Assembly: GCA_051313645.2 (NCBI GenBank)
Contig: JBNRSN020000003.1
Location: 155,248,001-155,312,000, forward strand
Direction of reading: 5' to 3'
DNA from: Centroscyllium fabricii
Taxonomy: Eukaryota
DNA: 64,000 nucleotides
Part shown: positions 11,317-24,752 of the stretch, one piece after another
Position numbering within the stretch: position 1 is the first letter of the stretch
Layout of the letters: every line of letters begins with the position of its first letter
Translations under genes and position numbers: made by a program
The notes under the pieces: generated by a model
Databases searched by the model: none
The model's input: only the letters and a program-made list of their open reading frames with translations
What the model was told of the DNA's origin: nothing

Positions 11317-14300
11317 GTGAGAAGCAAGGAAGGCCTGATTAGACACTGTGAATTTCAGTCCTGTCACAGCTAGTTTTTTTTTTTGTATAGTTTTCAAATC
11401 AATATAAGATGCAAAAAAAAATTAACCAATTGCCCAAACAATCATTTTTTTCTTTTAACCCAAGGTTTAAATTATGAGCCTGTCATGTTCTGAAGAATTT
11501 TTCTGTAATGTATTAGGACCCAGATTACAAATGCTACTATTTTGTTGACTGCTTATGTTAAAATGGAGCATAACTCCTTTTTAAATAGACGTATTGTACT
11601 CATATTTAAAAAAAAAAAAGTTATCCTTAAGTGGGAACCTGAGGTGCAAGAATGATGTGTTTGGGCCCCACTCTGAACTTGGTTCTTAATGTAGTGTGCC
11701 ATCCCACTTTAATGCAGCAAATGTTGTAATTACATTGGGCAAGGGGATTGCAATCTACAGCATTCGTGGCAATTAATTTGTAATGTTTACTGTCTGTTGA
11801 CTGATCTCAAGTTTCTTTGCTGCCGGTTGTTCTTGAGCACTTGCTACGCATTAACAAATACTCACGACTGGACAAAGGTCCAAGTCCACATGTAAATAAG
11901 ATACCATAGCAATGAAGTAATGTCGAGTGGAAATACTTGAAGGAGACCAATCCCCTTTATCACATCATTACAACACAGCTGCTCCATTAAAATGGATTGA
12001 CTTCGGAAAGACTGGGGGATGCCTTTTGTTTACAACTTTTGAGAATCAATGCAGCAGGAATTAATGGTGTATGATTTTTGATGGGAATAATACAATGTTG
12101 CTTACTCCTATGCCCTATTACTCATTGTCCTCCTTTAGTCCAATTGATATTTGCTCATGGAATATGTAGATCTTAAGCCAGTTGATTTTAACTCATCCTC
12201 CTATTGTCTGCAATAGTTGTTATTTGTTCAGTAGATGCATTGTTCTGACAACTAGTTGTTGCACCAACCTAATTTTTAATTGTATTGACTTGGATGATTG
12301 GAGTAAGGAGCCAATTGCACTGGTGCATACTCATCCGCATTAGCAACCGGTCCCGTCCCCCCACCCCCCCGTGTCCAGCTCCCTATCTTAACTATTAAAT
12401 TTTCAAATTCAGAATAGGTGAGACAGGCACCATTGCTTAATCATAATCTTTACAAATTTTGAAGTAATTTCAGCTTTCATAATCCAAATTTCTTGTTAGG
12501 TAATGTTTAGAACCTTTGCCTTAAGTAATATGCTTATAGTTTTTGATTGGAGTTGTGCATTGCAAATGATCAGTTTCCCTCATTTGTACCCGCCCTTGTC
12601 CCTCAAATGGCCACAGGTCCTAGTGATGGCAAGAACCAAGAATAATCTTGTGATCTTTCAGACCCAACCCACTGCTAAGCCTGTTGCATGGACGGTATGA
12701 AACTCGTGTTAACATGTAGGCAAGCATAATTCTTGCTAACAGCAGCAAAACGATGTGACATAATACAAAGGAAGCATCTGTGTAGGATGTATGAAAGTCT
12801 AGTTTTGTGCACACTCTAACTGCAGGTAGAGGGATACCAGTCTGGGTCCCCTCCTCTCCCTAGCCTTATGCATGCCCCCACCCTAAAAAAAAAAGCTGTT
12901 GTGAAAGTGGCGGGACAGAGTGGTGATGACATTCTAAACCTCTTAAAGATGAGCTATCATCAAAACTAACACAGGATAAGTCCCTTGCCCATTAGCTTCT
13001 TGTCCCAAAAAGCCTTCTGCTGCCAGACTGCCTTGCTCCTCTCGACATGTAGTGTCCAAACATCTACATCTTACTCAACATGATGCATAAACGTATACTC
13101 CTGAGAGTACGGTAAATCGCAGTGCATCTTTTCACCACATATCTATGCAAACTTTCCAGAACTAATAAACTATATTTTAAAAAGTGAACTTTGCAATTTG
13201 AAGTGCAATATGATTTTGTCTTTTCTTAAAAAGAAAGCTTTCGCAAACAGTGACTTCATTTAGCTAATCAATGGGATTAAAAAAAAATCTAGCTGAAGTA
13301 ACTATCTCAAATAATGCACAATGGCTTTGTCAATAGTAATCTGTTTTGTGTTTGCTGTGTTTATTAATGGATGGTTCATTAATTAATTGGGAATAGTCTT
13401 AATAGTTGAAATTCAATAGAAAATGATTTCCATCAAAACTTGATTTACAAGATGGATTCCATGATTTTAATGCATGTAATGACGAGCAGGCACAAGTTAT
13501 TTGGTTTTCTGTGATCTGTACGATACCAGATATATGGAAATTGTTTAAAAAAAATAAAAATCTAAATTTCTTGAATAAACTTCAGCTATGTGTAAATCAA
13601 GTTGCATTTTTCCTATACTGACTAGATCCAAAGTAGTCAAGAGAACAGACTAAATAGGTCACTTGTAGTTTAGGTTAAGATGATCAAGATTGTTATCGCA
13701 AAGAGACACTTTTATCGTGCAAGTTGTCTAACAATTTTGTCACTGTCGGCCACATCATTCCTTACTACAGGTTTGGTCCTTTTTGTAACTAATATTCTGC
13801 ACAGCCAACTACCTGAAACCCGACACTCTTAACCCTGTCCTTTCTCTTTTTTTCCCTCTGCCCCCACTAAGAAATCAGAAACCACACCTACTTGAAATCT
13901 TTGTTTCCTCAGACAGTTAACCGCATTGTTGGATTAGGCATTAAAAATTTGTATTTAACAGTTATGTTCTCCTAATGGTGACAGATGGAGTGATGCTAAT
14001 GGTGTTGCTAATGGTGTTTTTTTGTATCATGAGAATGTCATTTATGTATTGTGTATTGAAGAGATGCTGGAAAGGTGTGGAAAAACACAATTCATACACT
14101 GAGCCAAATATAACATTAGTTTCCTCCACTAATCTAAACTAAAACAAAGAAAGATAAACTTTGATTCTATCTCTCTTTACTTCCTGTATCTCTCCTCCAT
14201 CGAAATGTCCAGCAACTGTAAAGCATAATTCACAGTGATCTTAGCATGGGCAGGATATACACTGTAGACTTTTCTTTTGTAAATGAAAAACTGTTTTGAG

Positions 14301-14882
14301 CCTCAACAGACTTGGCCTGAACTTAAGTGGGCCACACTGCAATTTCCTTCGCTTCACCTAACCATGTATAGTGGATTCTGCACTAGCAAGAAACAAAAAG
14401 GGAGCGGCTCATATTCTTAGCGCAGTTTATTCATCTTTTTATTGCTCACAGTATTTTTACTGCTACTGATAACCAGAAAAGGTTTGATGGACAATGACAT
14501 CACCAGAAAACCATCCATACTGTTATATATTTTTTTGAAATGTGTACAGGGAAAGGACAAAAGCTTGATGTTGCGAGGTTTTCAGCTGTAATCATGTCAA
14601 ATCATTTTGCTCTGTTAAATTGAACAGTTTTCTCTTTTTTTATATAAAAAAATCTTGTATTGAGAATCGATGTGCTGTGAATCCATTTAATTTAATGAAT
14701 AAGAATTGCACTTGCCGAATAATTCTCGTTGCCATTTTAATTTAATAACCCAGCAGTAATTTATTCTGTCATTGGTTTCAAGGCCAGGGGTTGTATGCAA
14801 AGAACTGTTGTACCTATAATGTTAAAGTACAAGTGGAACTTTTAAAAGGAAAATGTATTAGAAATGTGCAATGAATTGAATG

Positions 14883-14888
14883 AATAAA
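14883..14888 (+). terminator. Candidate intronic poly(A) signal for a short TLE1 transcript
   Basis: AATAAA followed by GU- and U-rich sequence, at the end of a repeat-free 3'UTR-like stretch after the intronic stop at 11340-11342. Confidence 0.4.
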
Positions 14889-15003
14889 AGCTGTTGTGAA
14901 AGCATCTGTCTGCTTGCGTTCTAATTTCTTTTTCTTTGTTTCTTTTTTTGCCTTTGTATCTGAACCACCATATCTATGCATTTTGTGGTTACTGTGGAAA
15001 CAG

Positions 15004-15020
15004 AGAGGGACCCAGGCACA
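15004..15020 (+). CDS. TLE1: TLE1 17-nt microexon (E)RDPGT
   Basis: aaacag|AGAGGGACCCAGGCACA|gtaagt. Bridges the phase-1 upstream donor to the phase-0 downstream exon; corresponds to human TLE1 DREPGT. Confidence 0.92.
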
Positions 15021-17846
15021 GTAAGTACTTCTGAATATCCCACTTCCACTATCTTTTCATTTTTTTAAATGACCAGCTAGTAAGGCAAAATGTTTATCAA
15101 ATGGGAGCTGGTCAAAACATATCAATTATTTCATTATAACATCTGCCAATTTCTCTGTCCATGAAATAACTAACACAATCTCTCTAATTTAAAAATTACT
15201 GGAATCCTATTTACTTTTGGATCTCAAGTGACACAAACTGGATGGATATTTTCTCTCCCCTCCTCCATTTTATATTCCTTTCCTTCCTTAGTTATACTAG
15301 ATTACTACAGTGCATCAAATAAGTTACCTGACCGATACATAACATCAATGCTTCCAATGGTAAAAAGTTATGGGGAGGGAGCATTCACTTGATGGTGCCC
15401 ATAAACATTTTGGGTAAGCTTCCCATATCTGTACAGTTGATTTTTTTACTCTTAGATGTATAAACACATGATGAGCTTATACCAACTTTAAAGTGCATTG
15501 GCAGCTCAATTACAAATCTGGCAAGTAAATATGTTTAGAGTGACATGAATGTCAAATTGGTGACTCAACTCCTGTTTGGAATGGCTGTCTCTTCCACCAG
15601 TTTGTGAAATTGTAATTGTAATTTCAGCAACTGGAATGGCTACTGTATTTTAGTTAGTCTGCACATAAATGGTGCTCGAGCATTTTACTTTTTTAATTGG
15701 CAGGTCATGAAGGTTTATCTTGCTGGCAAAAATAAGATACCTGTAGTTAAATCTAATTTTCCACCATTTGTGTATAGTTGCAAATTCAAATGCACTTCTG
15801 TTTTCTCGTCAGTTTGTTTATAGTTGACCTTTCAGGACCTGGTTAATGAAATTGAATGACATGAAAATACAAATCAGGGACATTTTGGAATCTTGGGGAT
15901 TCTATCAAACAAACTTACAATTGAGGATAAAATTTGAGGGCCATTTAATTGTCACATAAAAAGAACTTTGATGTTGCTTGTATGTCCTATTTATTTTTTG
16001 CTGAGCAACTTCCTAGCACCCATTTGATATTACATAACCACTTCAAGAAGAAACGGTAGTATGTGAGGCTGCTGATGCAGTTTATATTGTGGATAAGATT
16101 CCACAACCCAGAGCAACTAAAAACTGCAATGTCTGCATGCAGTTGTTTGGAAGTCTCAATTTGTTGGGGGCTTTCTTCCTGGCCATAGTGCTTCTCCTCT
16201 GAGTGGGGAAGATCTGTACACGCTATGAACTGGAAAACTGCATTGTTTGTCTACATATGTAGACTGACCACTCTGTCTGCCTGCAGTCCAAAGTAAAATG
16301 AAGGTCTGAAATGGTGGTAATACGGATCCCTTAATGTGGTCCGGAGGTGGCAGCACAGCCTCATTTACTTGCTGCCAAAGGCAATGCTGTAGAGGAGCCA
16401 TACATATGATCTGGCGCTATTTAGGAGAGGTAGTGCGTTTAATGGTTACTGCTTAAAATAGTTAAGAGATTGGTAAATCAAAAATGACACAGTTTTAACA
16501 GTGCAAAGATTCCACTAGACAGATATTTGCTCATTTTTTAATGTGCCATTGTATTAAAATGTCACCTGAATTGTAGTGAAATTGTGCTGGATTCACATTT
16601 ATGCCATTACATGTTGGTACCTCCTGAATTTAAATGGGAATTGTTTCACACTGATGATCTAAACCTTCTGAGTGCTGCTCCAGTCCTGTGATTTCTCGTT
16701 TGTTTCCTAATATGAGAAATATTGACTGCTCAGTGTAGTGCATAAAACCTGGTAAAGACTGCATTTTTATAGAATTCACAAATTTTCACAAAAACTCATG
16801 ACCATTTGATTTCCTTTTGTGACTAAATCTCCCTTGAGCTTGAAATTTGATTTGCTGTCTTTCATTATGGCTAAAATTGCCTAGTGAATTTAATTAAATC
16901 CAAAACGATCCATCAAGCTTGAGCTGCTTGGACCTGACACAGGTTTAGGTGGCTACACTTAACAAAGCACTTGATGTCCATGTTTACCTCTAGAGAGTTT
17001 AATGAATGTACTGGTGCATCTGTCATACTTAGCTCAGGTATTCATTTATCATTTGCTCTCCCACTGTTTAGAGATCATACTGTGAAAGCAAAAAAAAATG
17101 AAAATGTCTGCAGTGTCTGACACAGCAGCAGTTGTGGGCAGGAGAAAGTTCAACAGCATTGTACTCTGCAGAACTTGTGGAAACATAGCCCATCAAGGGT
17201 TGGTACACTGCTTGGTTTATTTTTCTGAGGTAATGCTTACCGGGTGTGCATGTGTTTATTCTGCAGTAGATTTTGTATCCTTTGCCAACATTATACAGTA
17301 TAATACATTTTTGGAAAGGATATGCAATTATGCTGATGTTGTTGGCATATAGAAAACTTGAAGAAAATAACCCAAACACCACCACTAAATCAAATTACAG
17401 TCAAAAATGACCGGTTACAAGGCTCTAATCCAGGTTAAACTGAGCTGCACATCTGAACTTCAGGGAGATCGAGAAATGAACTTCCCAAATTATGAAGAGA
17501 ATTTACAAAACAACTTTTTTCACTGGTGGAGAGCTCAAATATGACAAGTCAACAGTTTAGAAAGTTGCGAGGTTGAGAAATGCGTTGTTGGAATATTAGA
17601 TTGGAATCATAGTGCATTTCTGTGGTATTTGGCCCAAATCTCTGTCTTCCACATGAGTGAAAGTGGGTAGGTGCCATTTTAAAAGGAATGGGGTTGTTAG
17701 ACCAATTAACCGTTTCCTCCTAGAATTTAATGTTTTACACTAGCTGCTTTTATTTCTCACCTCCAGGTTTCCACTACTCTTGATTAGAGCAATGAAAATT
17801 TATGTGCATAGTTTCAAAGCCTCATTCCTTCAACTGAACATTGCCT

Positions 17847-18311
17847 ACCTGGGATGGCAGGAATGACTTATGAGGAGAGATTGTGTAGTCTGGGCTTATA
17901 CTCGCTGGAGTTTAGAAGATTAAGAGGGGATCTCATCGAGACTTATAAAATTCTGTCAGGCTTGGACAGGTTAGATGCAGAAAGGATGTTTCCGATGGCC
18001 GGGGAGTCGAGAACCAGGGGGCATAGTCTAAGGATAAGGGGTAAGCCTTTTAGGACTGATGAGGAGGAAATTCTTCACAGAGAGTGGTGAACCTGTGGAA
18101 TTCCTTGCCACAGAGGGCGGTGGAGGCCGGTTCATTGAATATATTCAAGAGGGAACTGGATATATTTCTTCAGGCTAAAGAGATTAAGGGATATGGGGAG
18201 AAGGCAGGGACTGGGTACTGAACGTGTAAGATCAGCCATGATCTCATTGAATGGCGGAGCAGGCTCGAAGGGCCGAATGGCCTACTCCTGCTCCTATCTT
18301 CTATGATTCTA
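17847..18311 (+). mobile_element. CR1 (HER1-like) LINE 3' fragment
   Basis: GMTYEERLCSLGLYSLEFRRLRGDLIETYKIL plus the CR1 tail hairpin GGCTCGAAGGGCCGAATGGCCTACTCCTG and TTCTATGA repeats. Confidence 0.92.
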
Positions 18312-18749
18312 CTGAATGTGAAACTCCAGTCTTTCATTTTCTAACTTTATTTATGGTCAAATTTCCTGGATGATGATGATGATGATTCTAAGCTTCTTCC
18401 TATTAGTCTCCTGGACTATTGTGCCCCCTTACCACCCTTTCCTCTTTTTTAATATTTCAGATTGTAGATAACATTTGTCTTCTAAAGGCCATACAATCAA
18501 ATCAGTTTTATATACAACCACTATTGGCTTGATCAACCATGTTGATGCTTATGGGGACGAGGAGGTTGGCTGTGTGCCTGGTAGAAGATGGGGATGGGTT
18601 TTGGCAGATTTTTAAACTCTGGACAAGGGTAAGTGTGAGGCTGAGGTTTTGGATTGTATAAGTCGCGGGGCTTGGTGTTGGGAGGATGTGTTTATTTAAT
18701 TTTTTTTTCCTTTTGCAAATCAAGACATTTTCGGCCCAGGAGTGGAGGT

Positions 18750-19350
18750 AGTTGCAAAGTGGCTTGTGATTTCAGTCACCTGTTGCACTGAGGATAAGTG
18801 CCCAGTACCAAGTCATCCATAGCAATGCCTATACCTATTAAAGTCACAATTACTCTAAATTCTTGTGTCTCTAGGTTATTCTAGACTGCAAACTCAGTTG
18901 GCCGTGCACACTTGAATCAGGCAGGTGACAGATGCACTCCTTGCGAAGCACCAAGATCTCTTCACCTTTCCCATGAGGCTACCAAGCAGCAGTCAAGAGT
19001 TGTGGTATTTGCTCAAATGGCTGGATTTCTGAAGGTCCATGGCAACATAAAAGACACTTATGCATCCCTGTGAGCTCTGTAAAAGGGACCTGTAATGTTC
19101 CACAACAGGAAGTTCTATTTATTGTATGTCCAGTTATTTGTGGCCATAGGCAGTGAATCATGCAGGTTTGTGCTCAGTTTACTGGAAGCAGCCATGCTTA
19201 TTTTATCCTGTGCCAGTCTGCACTACCCTTCTTGCCCACTTAGACCACCTAGTGGAAGGATGGCTGCTTGGGAACAAATGGTCACCTCTTGCTTCCTGGC
19301 TCATGACTCCTGTCAGGATCCCAAGCACAGACATGGAGTGCTGATATAAA
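18750..19350 (+). pseudogene. Decayed Harbinger transposase (HARBI1-like DDE)
   Basis: FHNRKFYLLYVQL (cf. F.NRKG.HS.NVQ), IMQVCAQFTGSSH and GWLLGNKWSPLASWLMTPVR (cf. GWLLGDKGYPL..WLMTP) lie in shifted frames. Confidence 0.75.
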
Positions 19351-19869
19351 GATAACCATGTGAGAGCAAGCGCTCCTAAGGGCGCAGATTATTGCCGTTT
19401 TAAAGCAAAGGTTCTGCTGTCTGGGTGGCCATCAAGGCATCCTTTAATACAGCCCAGAGTGATGCACATGGCACAACTTCGCAAGCATTGGAGCTCCCCT
19501 CGGCAGAAGAACTGGAGAAGGAACATTGAGGAAGGGTTGAGGAAGTGGCAGATGCAGAGGAATAGCAATGCCCAGCACTGCTGCCAGCTACATAACTATA
19601 AGGCAGCAACTTATTAAAGAATCCTCTTTTCCCCCCCGCCACACCTCCCAATGCATCAACAGTCCCATTTCCTAGCTCATCCAGTCATTACACCCACCAT
19701 CTCGATGCCTTTTAAGCAGTACAATGTTGTGTGTTGCTGTTACTTTGCTAACTATATTAAGCTCGACAGCAATCCCCCCCAAAAAAAGTTTACTACTGCA
19801 GCATACTTCATCTCTCCTGAATTGCCTTATTAACTATAGAGAAATAAAACCTTGGGGCAGGTAGATGGC

Positions 19870-21350
19870 TACTTTGACTGAGGGCACTTGAGGCCAGCTA
19901 TCCTGAACAGTTCTGGCTGTAGACTTCAGTATCTTGGCATTGACTGGGACAGGCTGACTCAGCTAGATGTCTAGCACTAACAAGAGAGCAGGCACGCTGT
20001 CCACCTTGTCGAGGACAGCATGCTGCTCTTCCATGGAGCCAGTGCCACTCTGAGCTGTGTGTCAGCACTCCCACTGCTCTGCAAAAATGAATGCAGGTGT
20101 AATGTGATGGTTTGGAAGCCTCTATCCATGGTCCTCCATGCTTTGAACACCTGAAGAGCTGCTCGACCCCAGAGCCAAGGTGACAGAAGTCTGAGCGGCC
20201 AGCAAAGCTATCTGAAATGTCATCAGCAGTTCAATCTTTGTGTGCCCCATTGCATTGTTCATAGGGCAGACCACTTGTTCCATGGTTGACTGCACGATCT
20301 CTGCTATGGGCAATGACCCCATATAAGTTGGAACTGGATCCGACATGTTCTCTTGACTCTACACAAGTTCACTAGCAGGCAGGCAAGTGTACTTAAGAGG
20401 TCCTGGTGTAAGATCCGTTCTTTAGGTATGCTGGGCCTGGAAGTCTTCATTTGTGCCTCCCAGAACACGGCTAGGATATGGGCTCTTCCTCTGGCAAGCT
20501 GCTTCCTGGGCGCTGCTGGGTCCTTCACAAACACCTATAGCTGACGCTCTAATGTACCCAGGCTGCTGGGCTCTCAGCTGGTGCTTGTGAAGTTACAGTT
20601 GAGTGGCACTTCACCTTCACGAGGGTTGTCCTCCTTCCTCTGCTGCCCCTGGAATGTTTAGAGCTGGTGGACTTGAAAGGAAAGTGAGACAAAAGGGTTA
20701 GCTTAGCATTTAATGGCAAGGATACACCGAGACCGATGAGTGGCTGTTGAAAGCAGCAGCATTTTGTCATGCATAGTGTGTGGGGTGAGATTTAAGCAAA
20801 ATGGGAAAGAGGATAAGATGGCCAAAAACCCTGCGGGACGTATCCTCCAGCGTCTTCCATGGAGCTTTGCTCCTGACATGACCACTGTCCATGAGGTTCA
20901 TCACGCTGTCTTTGAATGGGGGCCGGATGTGGATGGACACTCGCCCTCCTCCTGTGCTTGCCTGCTCCTTGTGAGCAAGCTTGTGCTGCAAGAAAGAAGG
21001 GAGTGTGTTAGTGTTAGCCCAGTGAGATGGTTTGAGGATGTGCATGTCGCTGGTGATTGAAACATGGCACAGATGTAAGGAGGTGAGGGAAGTAATAGTG
21101 GAGATGGTTATAGTAGAAGCAGAAGGAGTGCTACAGTGATTGGAGGAGAATGGGTATTGGGGGAGGGGAATGGGTATTGGGGGAGGGAAGAGTTGCAATT
21201 GCTGGGGCAGCAGGTAGTGCAGGGCTAATCAGAGAGTAATGAGATAGGAGTTAGGAAACTTAACCTTAGCAAGCCTTGTCAGGTCATTAAACTTTATTTT
21301 CTGCATTGCAACCAATTCCTCTGTATGATGCATTTGTTGCTCGCCCGCTG
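19870..21350 (-). pseudogene. Probable decayed Myb/SANT-like second gene of the Harbinger element (approximate)
   Basis: Minus strand near 21270-21325 reads RNWLQCRK, then FNDLTR after a 1-nt shift; a KLAH-type exon start lies near 20985; convergent with the transposase. Confidence 0.5.
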
Positions 21351-21384
21351 TCATTTCTGCCTACTGGTGTCGGGCAGCTTTTTC

Positions 21385-22465
21385 TTTTTCATTCTCTGGA
21401 TATAGGTGTTGCTGGCAAGGTTGGCATTTATTGCTCATCTCTAACTTCCCTCAAGAAGGTGATGGTGGGCTTTCTTCTTGAATAGCTGCAGGGCTTTCTT
21501 CTTGAATAGCTGCAGTCCATGTAGTGTAGTTACTCCCAGAATGCTATTTAGTAGGGAGTTTTAGGATTTTCACCCAGCGATAATGAAGTAATGATGATTA
21601 TATGCCCAAGTCAGCCTCATGAGGGGAACCTGGACGTAATCGTGTACTCATGCACCTATTACTCTTGTCCTTCTAGGTGGTGGAGGTGCTCCCAAAGAAG
21701 CCTTGGTGAGCTGCTGCAGCGCATCCTGTAGATAGTACACATTGCAGCCAATGTTCTGTGTAATTGTTTTTGTGCGCAGACCCTTTAATTGGCTTTGTGG
21801 TCCATTCAGATTTTCTCCCATGTAAAAGCCAGTGAGTGGCCTGCACGGGACCTCCAGACCACCGTACGGCCATGCAGCTTAATGGGAACGTTGAGTGCAG
21901 CTACTGTATGCTGATGGCGGATGGAGTGCCGATCAAGTGGACTGCTTTGTCCTGGATGGTGTCAAACTTCTTGGGTGTTGTTACAGCTGCACCCAGTCAG
22001 ATAAGTGGAAAGAATCCCATCACATTCCTGACTTGTACCGTGTAGGTACTGGGGAGTTGGGAGGTGAGCCACTTGCTGCAGAATACCCAGCCTCTGACCT
22101 GCTCTAGTAGCCACGGCATTTATGTGGCTGGTCCAGTTAAGTTTCTGGTCAATGGTGACCCTCGATGCTGATGGTGAAGGATTTGGTGATGGTAATGTCA
22201 AAGGGAGGTGGTTAGGCACTCTTGGAGATGGCTACTGCTTGTCACTTGTGTGGCACGAATGTTAATTTCCACTTATCAGCCTAAACCTGGATGTTGTCCA
22301 GGTCTTGCTTTATGTGGGCATGAACTGCTTCATTATTTAAAGAATTGGAAATGGAGCTGAACACTGCAATTATCAGTGAACAGCCCTACTTCTGACCTTG
22401 TGATGGAGGGAAGGTCATAGATGAAGCAGCAGAAGATTGTTGGGCCTAGGATACTGCCCTCGAGC
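21385..22465 (-). mobile_element. CR1-group LINE 3' fragment, second family (approximate)
   Basis: GSILGPTIFCCFIYDLP and VTIDQKLNWTSHINAVATRAGQRLGIL. Confidence 0.8.
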
Positions 22466-24303
22466 TTGCCCAGAGATTTTCCTCCTGCTAGGTGGAACAA
22501 GGTTTTCCATCTCCCTGCTGACCTCCTCCACTTATATGACCAAGACAACATTCGAAAGCAGGGCGTGGGGGGAGGGAAGCCTCGTCACTGCCTGCCATTT
22601 TGAGAATCGTTAATACTAGATGCCTGTAGCTAAAGTGTACCTCTTTTTTAATGGTGACAGGGAAGAATGATTTCCTCCTTTTCTCCCCCCCCCACCACCC
22701 CAAAAAAAAATGAGATCAGCTGCTACTGGAGTGCTGTCAGTGCTGGGAGCTCACCTAATCCATTCAAATGAGGCATGTGGAGCATTTTGGGGCCCACTTC
22801 GTGTATGCCAACCATTTTGCGCCAGAAAACTGATCCCAGTGTCTCTAGATGACATGATCACTTTATACCCAAAATAGATAGTCCATTGTCATTTTAGAAA
22901 ATAATGGAAATTAGCTTAAATTTTCTGCATATGTGAAGGAAATTCAGTTTGCAACAGTTTGTGATCTGTAGTTTTGTGCCTGTATAACATTTTACAGAAG
23001 CTACTCTTAAAAATCCTGACAAATGTTCACAGCTTCATACTGTAATGTGGCCATGATGCGCCAGTGAAAATCCTTAGCTTGCTTTGTACTGTCCTAATTG
23101 CTCTTCTCAAGTGTATAAAGATCATCTTTTAAAATTACATCCTTTTAACGCTTGAACATATTTTGTTCTTTCCCATATTATGTTTCTTTCATTAAGATGC
23201 AGTTAGCCACACATGCATAAAGCGTATCATAATGAGTATGTAGGTGAATTAAAATGTCATAATTTGTACCAGGTGCAGCATAGAATTATCACATAATATT
23301 ATTTGGAGCTTAATGACTATCTAATTGTTTAAATGTGCAGCGCACCAAGTTATTTATCAACACTATGAGCTTATTCGTGCATTAACCACATTATGCTTGG
23401 GTTAGGCTAGTGAGGATAAATGAGTTGTCATGGGCTTCAGGTCTGTTTTTCAGACATGCTTCCTTTATTTCTTACAGCCTGGAAAGTATTGGTCCCATGG
23501 GGATTGGTGTGGCAGCTGAGGAAACATATCTGAATAATAGGCATTATATTCACATTAGGGAGCCTGCCATCTTGCTTGTGATGCACGATTGGGTTTTCCT
23601 TTCAAAAGATGATTTGCGTTTGCCACTTGAGGTTTTTCTTTTGAATTCTGTTGGCAAGAAAGTCAGCTTGAGGGCTCAGATTAGCCATTATGTAGGCTTC
23701 AAACCACATAGTTCACAATGACAGGAAGTAATGCTATGTTAAGCATTAAAATGCTTTTTAAGTTATAGTTGGAAAAATTATGCATTTGGTCTGCTTGGCT
23801 AATTTAGTAATGGAAACATTGACTACTTTAGGGGACTGCAGTACGTAAACTTCAGGTTTAGGTTTGATTCTGTTAATGCAGCATGTATCGGTGCTTAGGG
23901 AAAAGTCGCCTGTCTTCATTACACAGCAAATCATCTTGACACATTGCTAAATAATGGAATATTATAAGTAATCTTCACCAGCTCTTTTGCGTAAATGAAC
24001 TTAGTGATTCATAGTAGCTCAATGTTACTTGTTCCCGAGATTGATTTTTTTCAACATTGCAGAGGAGGATGGAAGTCTTATTTTGCCTCCCCTTGTGCCT
24101 CCATCTACCAGTCGGATTGAATGGTCTCGGTCATAGACTGTTCCAAATTCTCTGTCGGAGGTGTTTCAAGATCAGTTAAATCCTACCCTGATTTTTTTTT
24201 CTCCTTTTACCCGAGCTCTTGGTGAAATACCGTGCAAAAAATAGTGTTCAATATATTTGCCCGCAATTGTCTAAAAAAGCCAGTGTATTGTATACACTAG
24301 CCA

Positions 24304-24752
24304 TGGCAGTCGTGGCTCAGTTGGTAGCACTCTCGCCTCTGAGTCAGAAGGTTGTGGGTTCAAGTCTCCCTCCAGAGACTTGAGCACAGAAATCTCGGCT
24401 GACACTCCAGTGCAGTGCTGAGGGAGTGCTGCACTGTCAGATGAGACGTTAAACCGAGGCCCCATCTGCTCTCTCAGGTGGACGTAAAAAATCCCGTGGC
24501 ACTATTTTGAATAAGAGCAGGAGAGTTATCCCCGGTTCCTGGGAAATATCCCTCAATCAACATCACTGAAAACAGATCATCTGGTCATTATCACATTGTT
24601 GTTTGTGGGAATTTGCTGTGTGCAAATTGGCTGCCGAGTTTCCGACATTACAACAGTGACTTCACTTCAAAAAGTACTTTGTTGGCTGTAAAGTGCTTTG
24701 GGATGTCTGATGGTCGTGAAAGGTGCTGTAGAAATGCAAGTCCTTCTTTCTT
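24304..24752 (+). mobile_element. SacSINE1-like DeuSINE (tRNA head, Deu domain, L2-like tail)
   Basis: A box TGGCTCAGTTGG and B box GGTTCAAGTC; central CTTGCTGTGTGCAAATTGGCTGCC-type block; tail AGAAATGCAAGT. Confidence 0.8.

Noticed and set aside
21467-21514. Short tandem duplications (also at 32368-32410 and 45853-45900)
   Set aside because: Local slippage duplications inside decayed repeats.
24304-24375. tRNA-like A/B boxes (also at 37270-37345, 48330-48400 and 53690-53760)
   Set aside because: These are SINE heads continuing into Deu or V domains, not tRNA genes.
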